Assembly: GCA_012026655.1 (NCBI GenBank)
Contig: JAAILG010000199.1
Span: 1 to 64,000 of the forward strand
DNA from: Hydrolagus affinis
Taxonomy: Eukaryota
Length of the DNA stretch: 64,000 nt
Direction of reading: 5' to 3'
Below the pieces are notes generated by a model. That model did not search any database and had not been told where the DNA came from. It worked only from the letters and a program-made list of their open reading frames with translations. Both the position numbers and the translations under genes were made by a program. Within the stretch, counting starts at the first letter, position 1. The number at the start of each line of letters is the position of its first letter. Positions 11,501 to 24,275 of this stretch are shown here, piece by piece.

Positions 11501-14500
11501 GAAACCAACAGTTAGTGCAGTTAAAACAAGTGTCAATGTGGATATGCTTAAGAATTTCTGTAGCAGATTAGTTGTTCAGTTAAGCATCTCATGCATTCTA
11601 ATTTGCTGGTTCTCCTGATGTGAAGCACCAGAAAAGGTCACAATCTATGAATGCTATTCAAATAAATACTGTTTGAAGCACTCTTCGAAAGTACACGTTC
11701 AATTGCTTTTTGAAAGAGAACTGTTACTTTGTAACATCCTGTGTATTTAACTCTTGCATTCAAATTATTATTTTTTAAATAGCATACAGAATACTGATTT
11801 TCTGATAATAATTTTTGTGGCTCAACTGAACAAAACCGCAATTGCAACATGGAAGATGAACCTTTTAATGTTTTTTTTAATCATCACTGTCAAATCTTCA
11901 CATGCTTAAAATCTTTTTTAAAAATAAAAATATCTGCCCAATCCCAGCTGTTTTGGCATTAATACTGATATCCATTCTGTGTTAATTCTTGTCTTTATTC
12001 AATGAACCAGTATAAGTTTGAATTGAAGATATTTGCAAAAAAGTTGTTCGTTGGTGTTAGGAAGAACCAGGTAAAAAATATTAGGCTCAAATAGGACTGC
12101 TGGGCAATATTCAGTTAAGTACAAGTTTAACAATAATAGCTTTAATATTTGAATTTTCAGAAAATAGATCAGAATTTATACCACATTTTAGATGAAGACT
12201 AAAACCCTGTTATGATTTGAGATGGAATGCCATGGAGTTAACCATGTAGGATCACAGCTCATTCAATGATATATGGGCAGCATGAATATTATGCTCACTA
12301 CTGTTCAGGTCCAGAGCCAATTCTAGCTCAGACTGTGCTATGTAAACCCTGTTTAATAAATTCAAACAGGCACAAATGCCAGTTTGACTTTCCGTCAAGG
12401 ACAACAATCCATTCCTGTCCATGTTTTCTTTGAAACACAATATACAGTGGTGTAATACTTCCATCATAAAAACAGTTTTGAGTGAACGACCCTGCACTAA
12501 CAATTTTGGAATGAACTCTATTGAAATCACTCGATATACGACAATTGCTAGAACAGTGTCTTTACCTTTTCATAATCGTACAGCATTGAATCATTTTGAA
12601 AGGAGAGAAAGAAAAGAAAATCGACTGTTTTATTCAATAGTACAAAATTCTACTCACATTGTGCTGGAAGGTATTTTTAATACCATCACAAAAAGAATAG
12701 GATTCCACCTTTATCACCTTTGTGACGTGTACAGCAGATTGCTTCAGTTTGCATGGAAGAAATGTGACTGCAGGTATTTGAATCCTGACAGTGACAAAGC
12801 CAAAGACATTAGCACCGCGGCAATCCGATTATTACAAATTCAGTAGAATGAAGGTCATATGATGCAAATGATGCTTCACTGAAGGAACAGGGGCTGATAT
12901 ATACGAGTCCACGGCCTCCAGGAATATTTAATACAGATCTTAAGTGGCATTATATTATCAAATGTCGGGGCATTATTAGGAGAATGATTCCAATCCTTCT
13001 GACTTTTAATTTGCTAAGGGTGTCAACAAACTATGACCCAGGAATTGTGTTGAATTAAATTTTTAAAATATATATATGTGTGTGCATTCCCTGGATTTGG
13101 TTCACAAAATATGGTCACCCTGATGTATATACATAGCGAGATTTCCCATTGTAAGCACCCATTGTCAAAGTGTGTTGAAGTTAAACTGACTAGTTATGAA
13201 AGCATCACCCTCCAAAGAGTGCACATGTACTCGGATGACAAGTTGTAAAATGAAGTCAGCATAAAACTATGAATACATAGAAATAAAAGCAACCTTTGTG
13301 AATTTGGGATGGACACACAGGGCTGTGCGAGCCACAGTCCTATAATCCCACCTTGTATTAGCCTGCAGTTTAGTAGCAGTCGTTTTTGTAAAAAAAATGG
13401 GAAAACTGGCTTCCAAATTAAAAAGAAATGAAAATGGAAGCACATCCTAGTTATGAACAATCTTAAATTTTAAAGTCAAAACTGCTTGATAGACTAGGAC
13501 TGGAAGAAGTGATTGTGCCTTGGATGGTGTAAACGGTTTTTCATGTTCCTACATTTTTATCAATCCAGCTAGAATCCTGCAAAAAGCTATACATATGCGG
13601 TTCAAATTGAGAGCAACTCGCTGGGGAAAAGAAGAGATGTGACAGTACGAAGTAGCAGATGCATCAACAAAACTGAAAAAAAAATGAAGAATTGGAAACA
13701 TGGGAATAAACATTTTGTAATTACGTTGTTTTTTTCAGCTTGCTGAAGATGAAAAGTAATTTATTTCGTGCAGTTGGCAAATTGAATGGCCAGTTCTGCT
13801 CCAGTTGAGGAGACCAGTTTAAATAAGTGTAATAATTCTGAATCACTGAACAGATTTTGAGTTAATATGTTCAATTTCCATTTCCTCTACCAGCTGGCTT
13901 CATTATCAAATGCATTGAATACATTTAACACTCTTACCTAAGAGAATAACGCCATGGTTCCTGTAACTGCTTGTATATAACACACAATTTGAATGAAAAG
14001 AAATGGGTTTGAAGACCAGTTGCAACTGCAAGTTCTGAGTAAGCAGCACCCTAAAAATAGTTCTTAAAAGTTTCCTTGTATGTAATGAACAGCTGCCTAT
14101 CACATATACCCTTGACATATCTGCTGTAGAAATTCAGGGTATAAAATCATCATCTATTCTGCATGGTTTCTACGCGGAGAGAGCAGCATATAATGTGTGG
14201 TGGCAGAAGTAGAGCTAAAATAGCCCAGAGAAGGGATATTTTTAGTGCCTCAAAGCTGATTAACTAAACCTAGGTTTCTAATATTCTGGCAACTGATACT
14301 CTGAAAGCCTAAATTCCTTCACATGGAAATTTGGAAATTTTCTGACATTCTCCAGATGATTTTCAGAAAGTGATCCATTATTGTGTGACTGTCTGGCCTC
14401 AGTCAATTCATCATTAGAGCTTTAGCCCTCCAGGCTGCATAGAAGTGGTTCAGAGCAGCACACTCACTAATGTTATTGAGTCGATGACTGTCAGAAATCT

Positions 14501-14702
14501 TTAGTTGCAGTAATTCTTATTGCACAAGTGTGGTTTTCTTGCATGGTGAATAATATTTATTATTTTTTCTCCTTTAATTCAATACTCTCTAGGTCCCCTG
14601 TGTTGTGGTTCAGTTACCATTTCTTTTCTATGTTTCCCTTTACCTTTTGGCTGCCTTCAGGCTGGTGAGAGATGTCCAACAATGGGCTAGGAATGTCGTG
14701 AA

Positions 14703-14990
14703 GCAACAACAACCCAAAAATTACATTTGTATAGCGCCTTTCATGTCGGGAGACTCGGGAGTATTTTTCTCCTGTCGTTTCCGCAGGCACACATAGTCGG
14801 GCGAAGGCTTGCCCGACGATGGTGGGGTGGTTGTGTTGGGGGACATGGAGCAGGCCGGAGCCCGCTGAGTGGAGGGAGTGGACAGGTTGGTTGGTGATTA
14901 GGAGATTCGCAGAGGTAGGGGCAAAGCCATGGAGGGTTTTATAGGTGAGCAGTAAGGAGCCATTGTGATCAGGACAATTGAGTTGTGATG
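14703..14990 (-). mobile_element. Internally deleted L2 3' fragment
   Basis: LLLTYKTLHGFAP...LHSAGSGLLHVP...VGQAF joined to the L2 tail through filler DNA. Confidence 0.85.
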
Positions 14991-16127
14991 GAAAGGTTGA
15001 CATTGGGAAGAAGGAAGATGGTGCTTGAAACCATTTTATGTTGAAAATAATTAAGTTGAGAGATACATGCCAAGGTTGATTGGTTAGAATATACAGTATA
15101 TGGAAAATAATGATGGATTTGGTTATTTGGGCTGACAACTCGTATGGAAATCGTATATTAAATGAATGGAAAATTCCTGTTTCTTATGAATTTGACAGAC
15201 ATGTTTAATAATGGCATTGGAAAGCAGAAAGGTCTCAATGACTTGAATGTAGAGCAATAAGCATCTGAAACACAAACCCTTTGTTTTAAAGTGAAGCTGT
15301 GAAGGAACAAAGCAGGCAAAGCAACACATTTATGTTTCTATTTCAGATCTAAGAACAGTATTTTTCATGTTCCTGTAGTTTATGCTACAATTTACTCATG
15401 TCAGGCCTGAAGGAATGTTTATTAAGTCACTGAAAACTCGTTTAATTCCTGAGCTACATTTTGTCACCAATCAGTCTCCCTCTTGGAGCAATTATTGATT
15501 GTAAACTGTGTAGAAGGGAGAAGGTGAAGGGAGGAACCGAATGCATTTTCACAATTATGCAGCTTATGAAACACTGCAGTCTGGAGCCTGATGAGAAAAC
15601 AGTTGGTGTTTTGGAAGACTGCCACTTCAATATGAAGTTGATTTCATCTGTACAAAGCGTTGCTTTCTGATTTGATGCTCATCAATGTGAAATTGACGGT
15701 AATTGCTTGGAGCATGCGTTTGCGCTGATATCATTCTCATGAGAGTTATTATCTTTTTTCTTAGATGTGAAGATGGTCAAAATAGAGATCTGCAGTAGAG
15801 TTGTCACAAATAATTTGTTTACCCTCCATTTGAGATTATGAACTGGCTTTGTACCCTTTTTAATATTGTTTCAAAAGAATAAAACAAGACTGCAAATGCC
15901 ACCGAGCAATTTTCAAGAGCTAAATTAACCAACTCAAAACTAAATGCTCAGATTACTCTTTCAGATAGAATACTTTACTTTCAGGGCCCTGGACCTTTGA
16001 TCAAGTTTCTACTTCATATCCTTAATCAAAATGGTTTGAATGTTTGTACATTTGCACCAATATCTTTTGCTATGTTTTTTCATTCATGAAAATACATGTG
16101 TTTTGTAGGTTGTATTAAAAATAACTT

Positions 16128-16176
16128 ATATACTATATATATATATATACACACACAAGTATATGCATGCACACAC
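16128..16176. repeat. (TA)n/(CA)n microsatellite
   Basis: Seen directly in the sequence. Confidence 0.85.
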
Positions 16177-16214
16177 AAAATACATAAAGCAACCTTTTCA
16201 AGCTTTTAAATAAA

Positions 16215-16362
16215 TAAAATAACAATTTGGTCACTCAATCCACGATTGTTTGTGGGACACTGCTGTGTGCAATTGGCTGCTGTGTTTCGCCCATAATTCA
16301 CTTTACGCTATAGCCTGTGAAGACATGCAAAGCACCATATCAAATGCAAGGATTATTATTAT
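16215..16362 (+). mobile_element. 5'-truncated SINE
   Basis: TGTTTGTGGGACACTGCTGTGTGCAATTGGCTGC...CAAATGCAAGG(ATT)n. Confidence 0.85.
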
Positions 16363-17520
16363 CACATGCAAGCATTGATGTAAAGTCACAGAAATGAAGC
16401 AAAATGAGCTCCAAATGATTTCAAATGTCATAAATATCTCATGTGGTTTGAAGCACAGGCTGCAAGCACATTGCTGGGTAACAATGACAATGCTGGTCGC
16501 ACATCGCATGTGTTTTTTTTAGCTAAAGACCAGATGGAAAAGATAGAATTACCTGCCTGAGAGAGTCTATCACCCCAAAATGACATCCTTGCGCCAGTCA
16601 GACAGGCATGACCTGCGGCTCTTCTGCCTCAGCGAATAGGCATTTGCTGAGTCATATGACGGGTTACTGGAGGGTAGAGAGATGCAGAGCAAGACAGCCT
16701 GAAGCCATGTGCTTTCATACTCGAAGTGAGAATGTAGCTGAAAAATGGCATATCTTCATGTCCCAAACTATCAACCAAATGACAGTTTAGTTTATTAGGA
16801 AGCTTTCCAGGTACATCATTTTCTCACTGCAACAAGTGCAACAACATCACATCAAACACAAGTTCAATGCCTTGCAGAATTACTTAAAGTCTTTGGAAAT
16901 AGAAGGTGCGTACAAATTAAAATCACTGAATCAAAGCACATCTCCCAGAACCACCACGAATGGCGCTGTTAATTTCCTCGGTCATGCACAACTTTCTATA
17001 TTCTGTTTAATTCAGTTCTGGCTGATAGGTTCTCAGGAATTTAATTAAAGTAACCTAAGAGTTAAGAGTTCGTAGAAAAATGTTAACTCCATACCAATTT
17101 GAAGCAGTGCCATTTGGCCAGTTGCATTTATAACTTTTATAAAATTGTATAACTATGCTGAGTGGTCCCCAGTTCAAGTTATTCAGGAGGTGCAGATGCA
17201 GTCTTTCCAGTTGACTTCTGGAATATACTCCCTGTCCCAAGGAGGAGTTGGAGATGCAACTCATCTGTGTATGCCCTGAAACACAGTTATGGATTGGCTA
17301 AACCAAGGCACAAAGGACCCCAAAGAACACATTGGAAATCTAACCAGTTAAAATTGTGAATAAGGATAAGGATCAGAATAAGGATCTGCTAGGCTTCTTG
17401 CTGCATGTCCAAATAGGATAGCCTCTACCAAGAGCAATGGGTATCCACACACTTGCTTGGCCCAGCTTTCAGATCATTGAATTCACCACACACAGTTGAC
17501 TTGGTTCCACTCGTCCTTTG

Positions 17521-17570
17521 CCTGACGTGATTATTTCACGTGACTATTTCACGTGACTACTGACGTGACC
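17521..17570. promoter_or_regulatory. Tandem ACGTGA (E-box/CRE-like) motif cluster
   Basis: ACGTGA at 17525, 17538, 17551 and 17563: two within TCACGTGA and two within TGACGTGA. Function is inferred only. Confidence 0.35.
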
Positions 17571-18247
17571 AGTAAGACCACGCCTACTGCCTCTTCCAAA
17601 TTAGACAAGTGTGATATTGAATGCTCTTCTGTGACCAAAGTATCTCGGACTTGAGGACACCACTTATGATAAAGATTTAAAACAAATCAATATGATCTTT
17701 TATGGTTTAAACAATAAGATTTGGGTTTTAACATGAACTTTCTGCATGCTCCAGTAAAATGTTTTGCGTTATTGGGTTGTTGTTCCTATAATAGTCTGAC
17801 AGAAATACAATAATAATGTTTAGTAAAATTACTATAATTGATTAACAAAGTAAACTTTGGAGCCTTGTTATTTTATTGATGTACTGGGAGTTTTTTTTAT
17901 AGAATGGTGACTGGCTGGTGAAAGGAACAAACCATTTTGTAAGTAAATATTTGTGCATTGCTACGTGAAGTAGCACGATTTGTAACAACTGGTAACATTT
18001 CTGATAATGCAAATTGAAATTTAGCAACGAATGAATGAAAATAAATCAATTATAGTAAACAGTTATGAAACATGTATTGAATGCTTAACCTAAATTAAAA
18101 ATGCCTAGAATACTATCCAATGCTCTCTACACTGAAACCTAGTGAGGCCTGCATCACAAAACAGTTCTTCCCTCCCAATGTTACTGCAATATATCCCAAT
18201 AAAGTAATACGATAGCTTGCTTCTGAGTGCCATAAGACTGCAGAGGA

Positions 18248-18378
18248 TCATAATAATAATCCTTGCATTTGATATAGCGCTTTTCACATCTTATCAATGT
18301 CTCAAAGCTCTTCACAGAATATACTGTAAAGTGAATAACTGTATATTTGTGAACGAAACGTGGCTGCCAATTGCACAA
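18248..18378 (-). mobile_element. 5'-truncated SINE
   Basis: ATAATAATAATCCTTGCATTTGATATAGCGC...GGCTGCCAATTGCAC. Confidence 0.85.
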
Positions 18379-18470
18379 CCTCTTTTTGTACCAGGAGGAG
18401 AAAAGAAGTTTAAACTCACGGTTTACAGTGTCGAGCTGCATTGGTAGCTACCAGTGTCTTTTTTTTCTGC

Positions 18471-18630
18471 CCAGCCAGGTGTCTAACACATGCGGAAATC
18501 CAGGCTTAAGAGTATCTGAACCAAGCTGAGATTTCCATGCATCCCACCTACAGATGGAATTCCCAGAGGCAGAGTATTGGAATGGAATGCACACTCTCTC
18601 CCTGGAGGTAAGCTTCCCGCTTACCCAATT
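18471..18630 (+). repeat. Unclassified dispersed repeat, copy A
   Basis: Aligns by eye with 24150-24275 (+) and 56435-56598 (-). Confidence 0.65.
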
Positions 18631-19705
18631 GTCTCCACACCTTAACTCATACAGTAATCAGTTACTCCAGTCAGCCTTCTCCTTGGAAAGGTGACAAAGT
18701 TCAAAGTGTGCATAATGGTAGAACGAATAAGAAATCAGTCTCAGTAATCGCATGGGAGTGGAAATGTAATCTGCAAGGTCTGAGTCTCGCTTACAAATAG
18801 TCATTTTCAAAGCTCAACTCCTGCTTTCGTACAAAGTGTGCTCTCACCATGCAACACTGGGGCCTTCTTCCTCTCTTTGCTTTGGTGTGCCCTCTGGTAA
18901 ATATGACATCCTTCATCTGCATCACTCTAAATGAAAAGGTTACACTACTGTGCAGTTCGCATATCTCACTGGAATTCACGTCTTTTGTCATTAAAGCAAC
19001 AAGTCCAAACAGCCAAAGACAACCACTTCATAAACCTTCCAAGGCGATGCTAAATTGTAATTCCTGGTCTAACTATTTAAAACAGATAATTAAAAAGTTA
19101 GCTTTTATGTCTATTATTTTATGGTGAAAAATATAAACATTAATGTGTTAATCCTGTTATATAGATAACAGAGGCAGACAGTTTTGAAGTTAACTTGGTG
19201 CTGGTTTGTTTACAAGTGAGTTTTTAAGAGTGCTTAGATGCCACATGGATGCTGTTATACATTCAGTGTGTTTAAGCAACTCTTCACCTTGTTTTACAGT
19301 CATACTGCGTAGCAGCTTTTGAAGCATCCTGAAAGATCTAGGAACCATCCTAATCTCTGAATGATTCACACCTTCCAATACTGCAGATCTTTACAATTCC
19401 TCCATTAACTGAGAAGGCGGAGAAACCAATTCCTTACTTCCCTGTTTTGTTTTTGAAATCTTGATCGAAGGGTTTCAACAAGAGTTCAGCACTCCCTTCA
19501 TATAGAAAATTTGTTTGTATTAAAGCAAAGGCCAAAACAATTTACAATCTTACTAAAATGAAAACAAAAATAAGAAACATTGACAAATCATTGTGTGATA
19601 CATTACAAGAAAGTCCATAATGAAAATACATACTTCATGGTGGCCCTCAAAATGGCTTCCTCGCGTTTAATTCATGTTGTTCATTTATAATCCTTGAATG
19701 ATGTA

Positions 19706-19890
19706 ACAAAATAACAAGTTGCATCTATTGGGCAACCTTCCCATAGGATAATGTCTAACAATGCTTCACAAAGGCAGTGTTCGGTGCCTAGGAGTAAGTT
19801 AGGTGTGAGGTGACTTAAATGCTGTCAAAGCAATAGATTTTTAGGCAGAATTTAAGGACAGAAATGGGCAAGACAGAGGGATAGAGGAAG
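19706..19890 (-). mobile_element. Degraded L2 3' end
   Basis: AACAAGTTGCATCTATT tail plus GAGGTGACTTAAATGCTGTCAAAG..GATTTTTAGG, like decayed L2 3' ends. Confidence 0.55.
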
Positions 19891-21091
19891 ATGTAATGTT
19901 ATTTAATCCACAAAACGGAATGTACATTCACTCAATCCTTTAATGCAAACTTTACAAGTCAACCGCTTTCAAATCAACCTCTATCACACTCGCTTTCAAA
20001 TCAACCAGTCACTCTTCCCAGAGTCCTTTTATACTTGCACCATCCATATTCATTTGCCACTTATGTCGTAAAAGCAAATATGCAACAGAAGGTAGTTCCA
20101 GAGTGAACACTAGACAAGGTTTTCTAGTTTAATTTTTGTTACCTCTCTATTTGAAGAACTCAGGACTAATAAAGATACAGGCCTACTTTTGCTATATGCA
20201 ATGTTGAATTGGCTGCATGCATGACAGATGGAGCTCTTTTTGGATGACAGATAGGCACAAGCCTCCAATTCAGAATCCAGTGACCTCAAAAAATTAATGA
20301 TCTCCGTCAGAGTGATTAAGAACAACTTAAGCTGATAACAAGGCAAAGGATCTGCGGGAGAGATGCGATATTCAATCAAAAGTGTCAAAGTCAACTGCTG
20401 GTGTTAATTTAGTGCAAGTTGATGTTGGAATTAATCGCATCAGAGCAATATGAAAGTGCTCCCAGAAGCATATCCCTAATACCAGAGCAACTGGAAACAC
20501 AATGATGATTCTGAACACAGGAGAAAAGGGAAAGCACCACTTTACAGGCTCTCACTGATGTGCAACTCCTTTCACCCTTCAGTCTCAGCAGACAGCCTCT
20601 GAATTAAGCGAATCGGGTACTGCAAAGTGAATGGGAGTATGGTTATCATTTCTGCTGATGGTTGACTACTCCTGCTCTTATCTGAAACTATTAGTCAGAG
20701 TAATAGGTGTGCCAAGCATACAATAAATAAATGAGGAACTTTTCTTAACATAGGAGGAACATGCACAGGATTTTGAAAGAAAAAGCCTGTATATATTTTA
20801 AACACAGAATCCTTTAAATCATGCCAGGTTTCGCGATTGCAATTAACATCCCAACTTGTGTTTAGCAAAGAACAAATGGAAAACTGAGTTTTGGAAACAA
20901 CAGTTAAGCGGCATACAATATGGGTGGGAAGAATTTTCTCCCTCTCCCTTCACATTCCTAAAATGTTAAGCTTCATCTCCTTTGAATTAATGTTCTAAGA
21001 CAGGGAGGCAATGTGATTATTCCACACCATTCCACACCATTCATTATAAATGTATTGTAAACAAAATAATATAAGTGATCATGACAGTAAT

Positions 21092-22360
21092 TAGAACATA
21101 AGAACGTAAGGATTAGGAGTGGGAGTAGGCCATTTGGCCCCTCGAGCCTGCCTCGTCATTCGATAAGATCATGGCTGATCTATTCTAACTCCACCTACCC
21201 GCCTTATCCCCATATCCCTTAATCCCTTTTTCCATCTATCAATCTCAGTTTTGAATATGTTCAAGGACTGAGCATCTACATCCCTTTGGGGTAGAGAATT
21301 CCATAAATTCACTATCTTCTGAGTAAAGTTTTTTTCTCAATTCAGTGCGAAAGGGCTGACCTCTAATTTTGAGAATGTGACTCCTGGTTATAGTTTCTCC
21401 AACCAGGGGAAAAAGTTTCCCATTATCTATTCTGTCGTGGCCCTTAATAACCTTAAAGGTTTCTATAAGATCACCTCTGATTCTTCTATATTCCAGAGAA
21501 TATAGGCCTACATTGTTCAACCTATACTCATAACTCACCCCGCTCATTCCAGGTACCAAGCTAGTAAATCTATGTTATACCCCCTCCAAGGCGAATACAT
21601 CCTTTCTTAAATAAGGAGACCAAAACTGCACACAATATTCGAGGTGCGGTCTCACCAGGGCCCTATACAGTTGCAGCAAGACTTCCCTATTCTTATATTC
21701 TAATCCTTTTGTAACGAACGACAACATACCATTAGCTTTTCAAATTGCTTGCTGTACCTGCAAACTAACTTTTTGTGACTGGTGTACAAGGACACCCAAG
21801 TCCCACTGAACGCTAACAACATCTAATCTCTCCTCTTCTAAAAAATAATCTGTTCTACTGTTTTTACCACCTAAGTGGATGACTTCACACTCCCCTACAT
21901 TATACTTCATCTGCCATCTACTTGCCCACTCACCTAGCCTATCTATATTGCGTTGCATTTTTTTAATGTCATCCTCAGAGTTTACTCTCCCTCCTAGTTT
22001 AGTGTCATCCGTGAATTTGGATATTTTAAGTTCGATGCCCTCATCCAGGACCCGTTTATCCCTACTCTTTGTTTTCTACTCGTTAGCCATTCCTTCAATC
22101 CATGCTAATATATTTCCCTTAATTCCATGGGTCCTTATCTTGTGGATCAAGATGTGGCACTTTATCGAATGCCTTTTGGAAATCTAAATACACTACATCT
22201 ACTGATTCCCCCCTATTTAATCTGCTTGACATGTCCTCAAAAAAATCTAAAAGATTTGTTTAGCATGACTACCCTTTTGTAAAGTCATGTTGACTCTGTC
22301 TAATTATATTGTTATCCTCTAAGTACACTATGACATCCTTAATTAAGGATTCTAGAATTT
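21092..22360 (-). mobile_element. CR1 LINE 3' ~1.27-kb fragment (dead RT)
   Basis: DVVYLDFQKAFDKVPH (~22152-22199), KFTDDTKLGG, WQMKYNVGECEVIHLG, LYSLEYRRIRGDLIETFK and a CR1 3' terminus. It carries stops and frameshifts, and the GVPQGS block is deleted near 22050. Confidence 0.95.
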
Positions 22361-22375
22361 GAAATAATAATTCCT

Positions 22376-22432
22376 TATACATATATTATATATACATATT
22401 ACTGTATATATATATATAATATATATATATAA
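22376..22432. repeat. (TA)n-rich microsatellite
   Basis: Seen directly in the sequence. Confidence 0.85.
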
Positions 22433-22569
22433 ATTGGAAATGTTTCAAGTGAAGTGATTCTTGAGATAATTCCTGAAAGTCCCTGACCATTTCTAGAACA
22501 TCACATCTTAGTATAGCTTCAATTCCTTGTGCCCATGTTACATTACATGGTTCCAATGTAGTCAACCTT

Positions 22570-22660
22570 AAGATGTCCAGAAGACTTGAAAAAAAATGCT
22601 ATGCTATATCATATGCAAGGATTATTATTATTATTATTAATATTATTATTATTATTTATA
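22570..22660 (+). mobile_element. SINE 3' tail with long (ATT)n
   Basis: GCTATATCATATGCAAGG followed by about 12 ATT units. Confidence 0.75.
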
Positions 22661-22755
22661 ACCATCTACAGGTATGCTTCCCTTCTTAAAGCAAGGCTGC
22701 AGGCAATGTGATCCATGGGTATTTGGAGGACACACGGTGTTGCAATTGTAGAGAG

Positions 22756-22960
22756 GTGTCAGCCTGGCTCAGTTGGTAACAATCTCGTATCTGAATCAGA
22801 AGGTTGTGATCTCAAGCTCTACAATCGGGCTTTGACCTTAAGGTGAAGGCTGACATTCCAATAATGTGGTGGAGGTGCACTGGAAATGATGCTAAACTGA
22901 GGACTTATTAGCCTGTTCTGGTGGATTTTAAATAACCCATTGTACTATTCAAAAAGAGAA
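22756..22960 (+). mobile_element. Ancient DeuSINE (SacSINE1-like) 5' part
   Basis: GTGTCAGCCTGGCTCAGTTGGTAAC..TCTGAATCAGAAGGTTGTG..GGCTGACATTCCA..AAACTGAGG..GGTGGAT..CCCATTGTACTATTC. Confidence 0.7.
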
Positions 22961-23369
22961 GCATGAAAAGACAGTGTGAAATGCAAGAATTATTATCTAA
23001 CGTTTCTTCAATATCAAACGTTCAAAAACCATTTTCTCAATTTCATTAATTTTTTAAATAATGCGCTATCACTCTCATTTCAGTACTTCATAATAATGCT
23101 ATTAATCGATTCTAAAATACAATAATATCACAGTCACTGTAATTTTATTAAAGTTTGAACATTAATTTATAAGAAATGCCCAAATACATTTTTACTCTAA
23201 TGCTTTTGGAATGCATTCAAATTTTAATAGCTTCAGTAATTCTCCACTGCTATTATTCAATTGGTAAGTGGGGACAGCTTTGAGGGAACAATAATGTATA
23301 AAGCATTTTAATATTATCTAACTTTTGAATGATGTGGTTTTACTACAAGTAACAATGAGATGGGTGAAC

Positions 23370-23530
23370 AATTTATCATGTTGGGGTTTTTCTTGTTGAA
23401 TTTGGATGAGGGAGAAATCTCGGCCATGGCAATCGGGAGAAATCCCTTCTGTTTTTTGCAAAAAAAGGCAATGGGATCCCTAATATCCACCTGAACCATC
23501 TGATGGAACCCTCAGTGCAACACTCGTAGC
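23370..23530 (-). mobile_element. DeuSINE central domain fragment
   Basis: Reverse strand CAGGTGGATATTAGGGATCCCATTGCC resembles the Deu-domain motif CAGGTGGACGTAAAAGATCCCATGGC. Confidence 0.6.
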
Positions 23531-24149
23531 CTGAGTCAATCAGGTGATGAGCCGCAGCTATGTTCTTCACAAACCAAAGGAGCGAGTGATATCAGGTTCC
23601 AACACACAAACTGTTAACTCGCAGGGAGAGTTTATAATGAGGTAAACTCACAGCTTCCAGGAATCTTTGAGGGTTGTTAATGTTTTCACAAGATCTCCTG
23701 CAATTTATCACCGTTCACATCTCTAATTGTGCAATGAAAGACTTGGGTTATTTTGAACTACTTTGCAGAAGTGATAATTTGTTTAATCATTCGATGATCC
23801 AGAACCAGTGTTATTTCCACAAAATGAAGATCTTTTCAAACAGTCTTACAATCTGGCGAGGGTTTCATAAACTATTATCACCACCAGAAGCATATTAGCA
23901 TATCAAATGTGATGAATCATCCAAACAATGATCTTCTTTCCTCACATTTTTAGACAGTATATTCCTAGCCTTGGTTTGACTAAAGGACATTTTTCATGGG
24001 AATTAAATTGGACCTTTGTTGTGTTGAATGACATTGGTTGCAGTTCATTAGATGATCAAACAAAAGTTACAAGCTGCGGGCTAGCTTCTTATTGATGTTG
24101 TAAATGATTCTGGTCAGGAAAGATTTTAATGTGTACTTAAATAAAACAA

Positions 24150-24275
24150 TCCCATGCTTAAGAGCATCCAAACCAGATTGAAAGTTCCACATATATATGC
24201 CACCTACACACAGAATTTTCTAGAATGGAATGTGCACTCATTTCCTCGGGGGACACATCATGCTTACCTAATTCC
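24150..24275 (+). repeat. Unclassified dispersed repeat, copy B
   Basis: GCTTAAGAGCATCCAAACCAGATTGAAAGTTCC...GAATGGAATGTGCACTC..GCTTACCTAATT, similar to 18471-18630. Confidence 0.65.

Noticed and set aside
12252-12846. Overlapping 92-aa and 141-aa ORFs as an exon or transposase
   Set aside because: No recognisable motif and no convincing splice-site pair
13109-13122. ATATGGTCACCCTG as a hAT (Blackjack-like) right TIR
   Set aside because: No convincing left TIR or 8-bp TSD nearby
16551-16737. Minus-strand exon between TTTTTCAG| and CAG|GTAATT
   Set aside because: All three frames contain stop codons
18377-18390. 14-mer CAACCTCTTTTTGT shared with ~56726
   Set aside because: Low complexity, with no extension of similarity; compatible with chance
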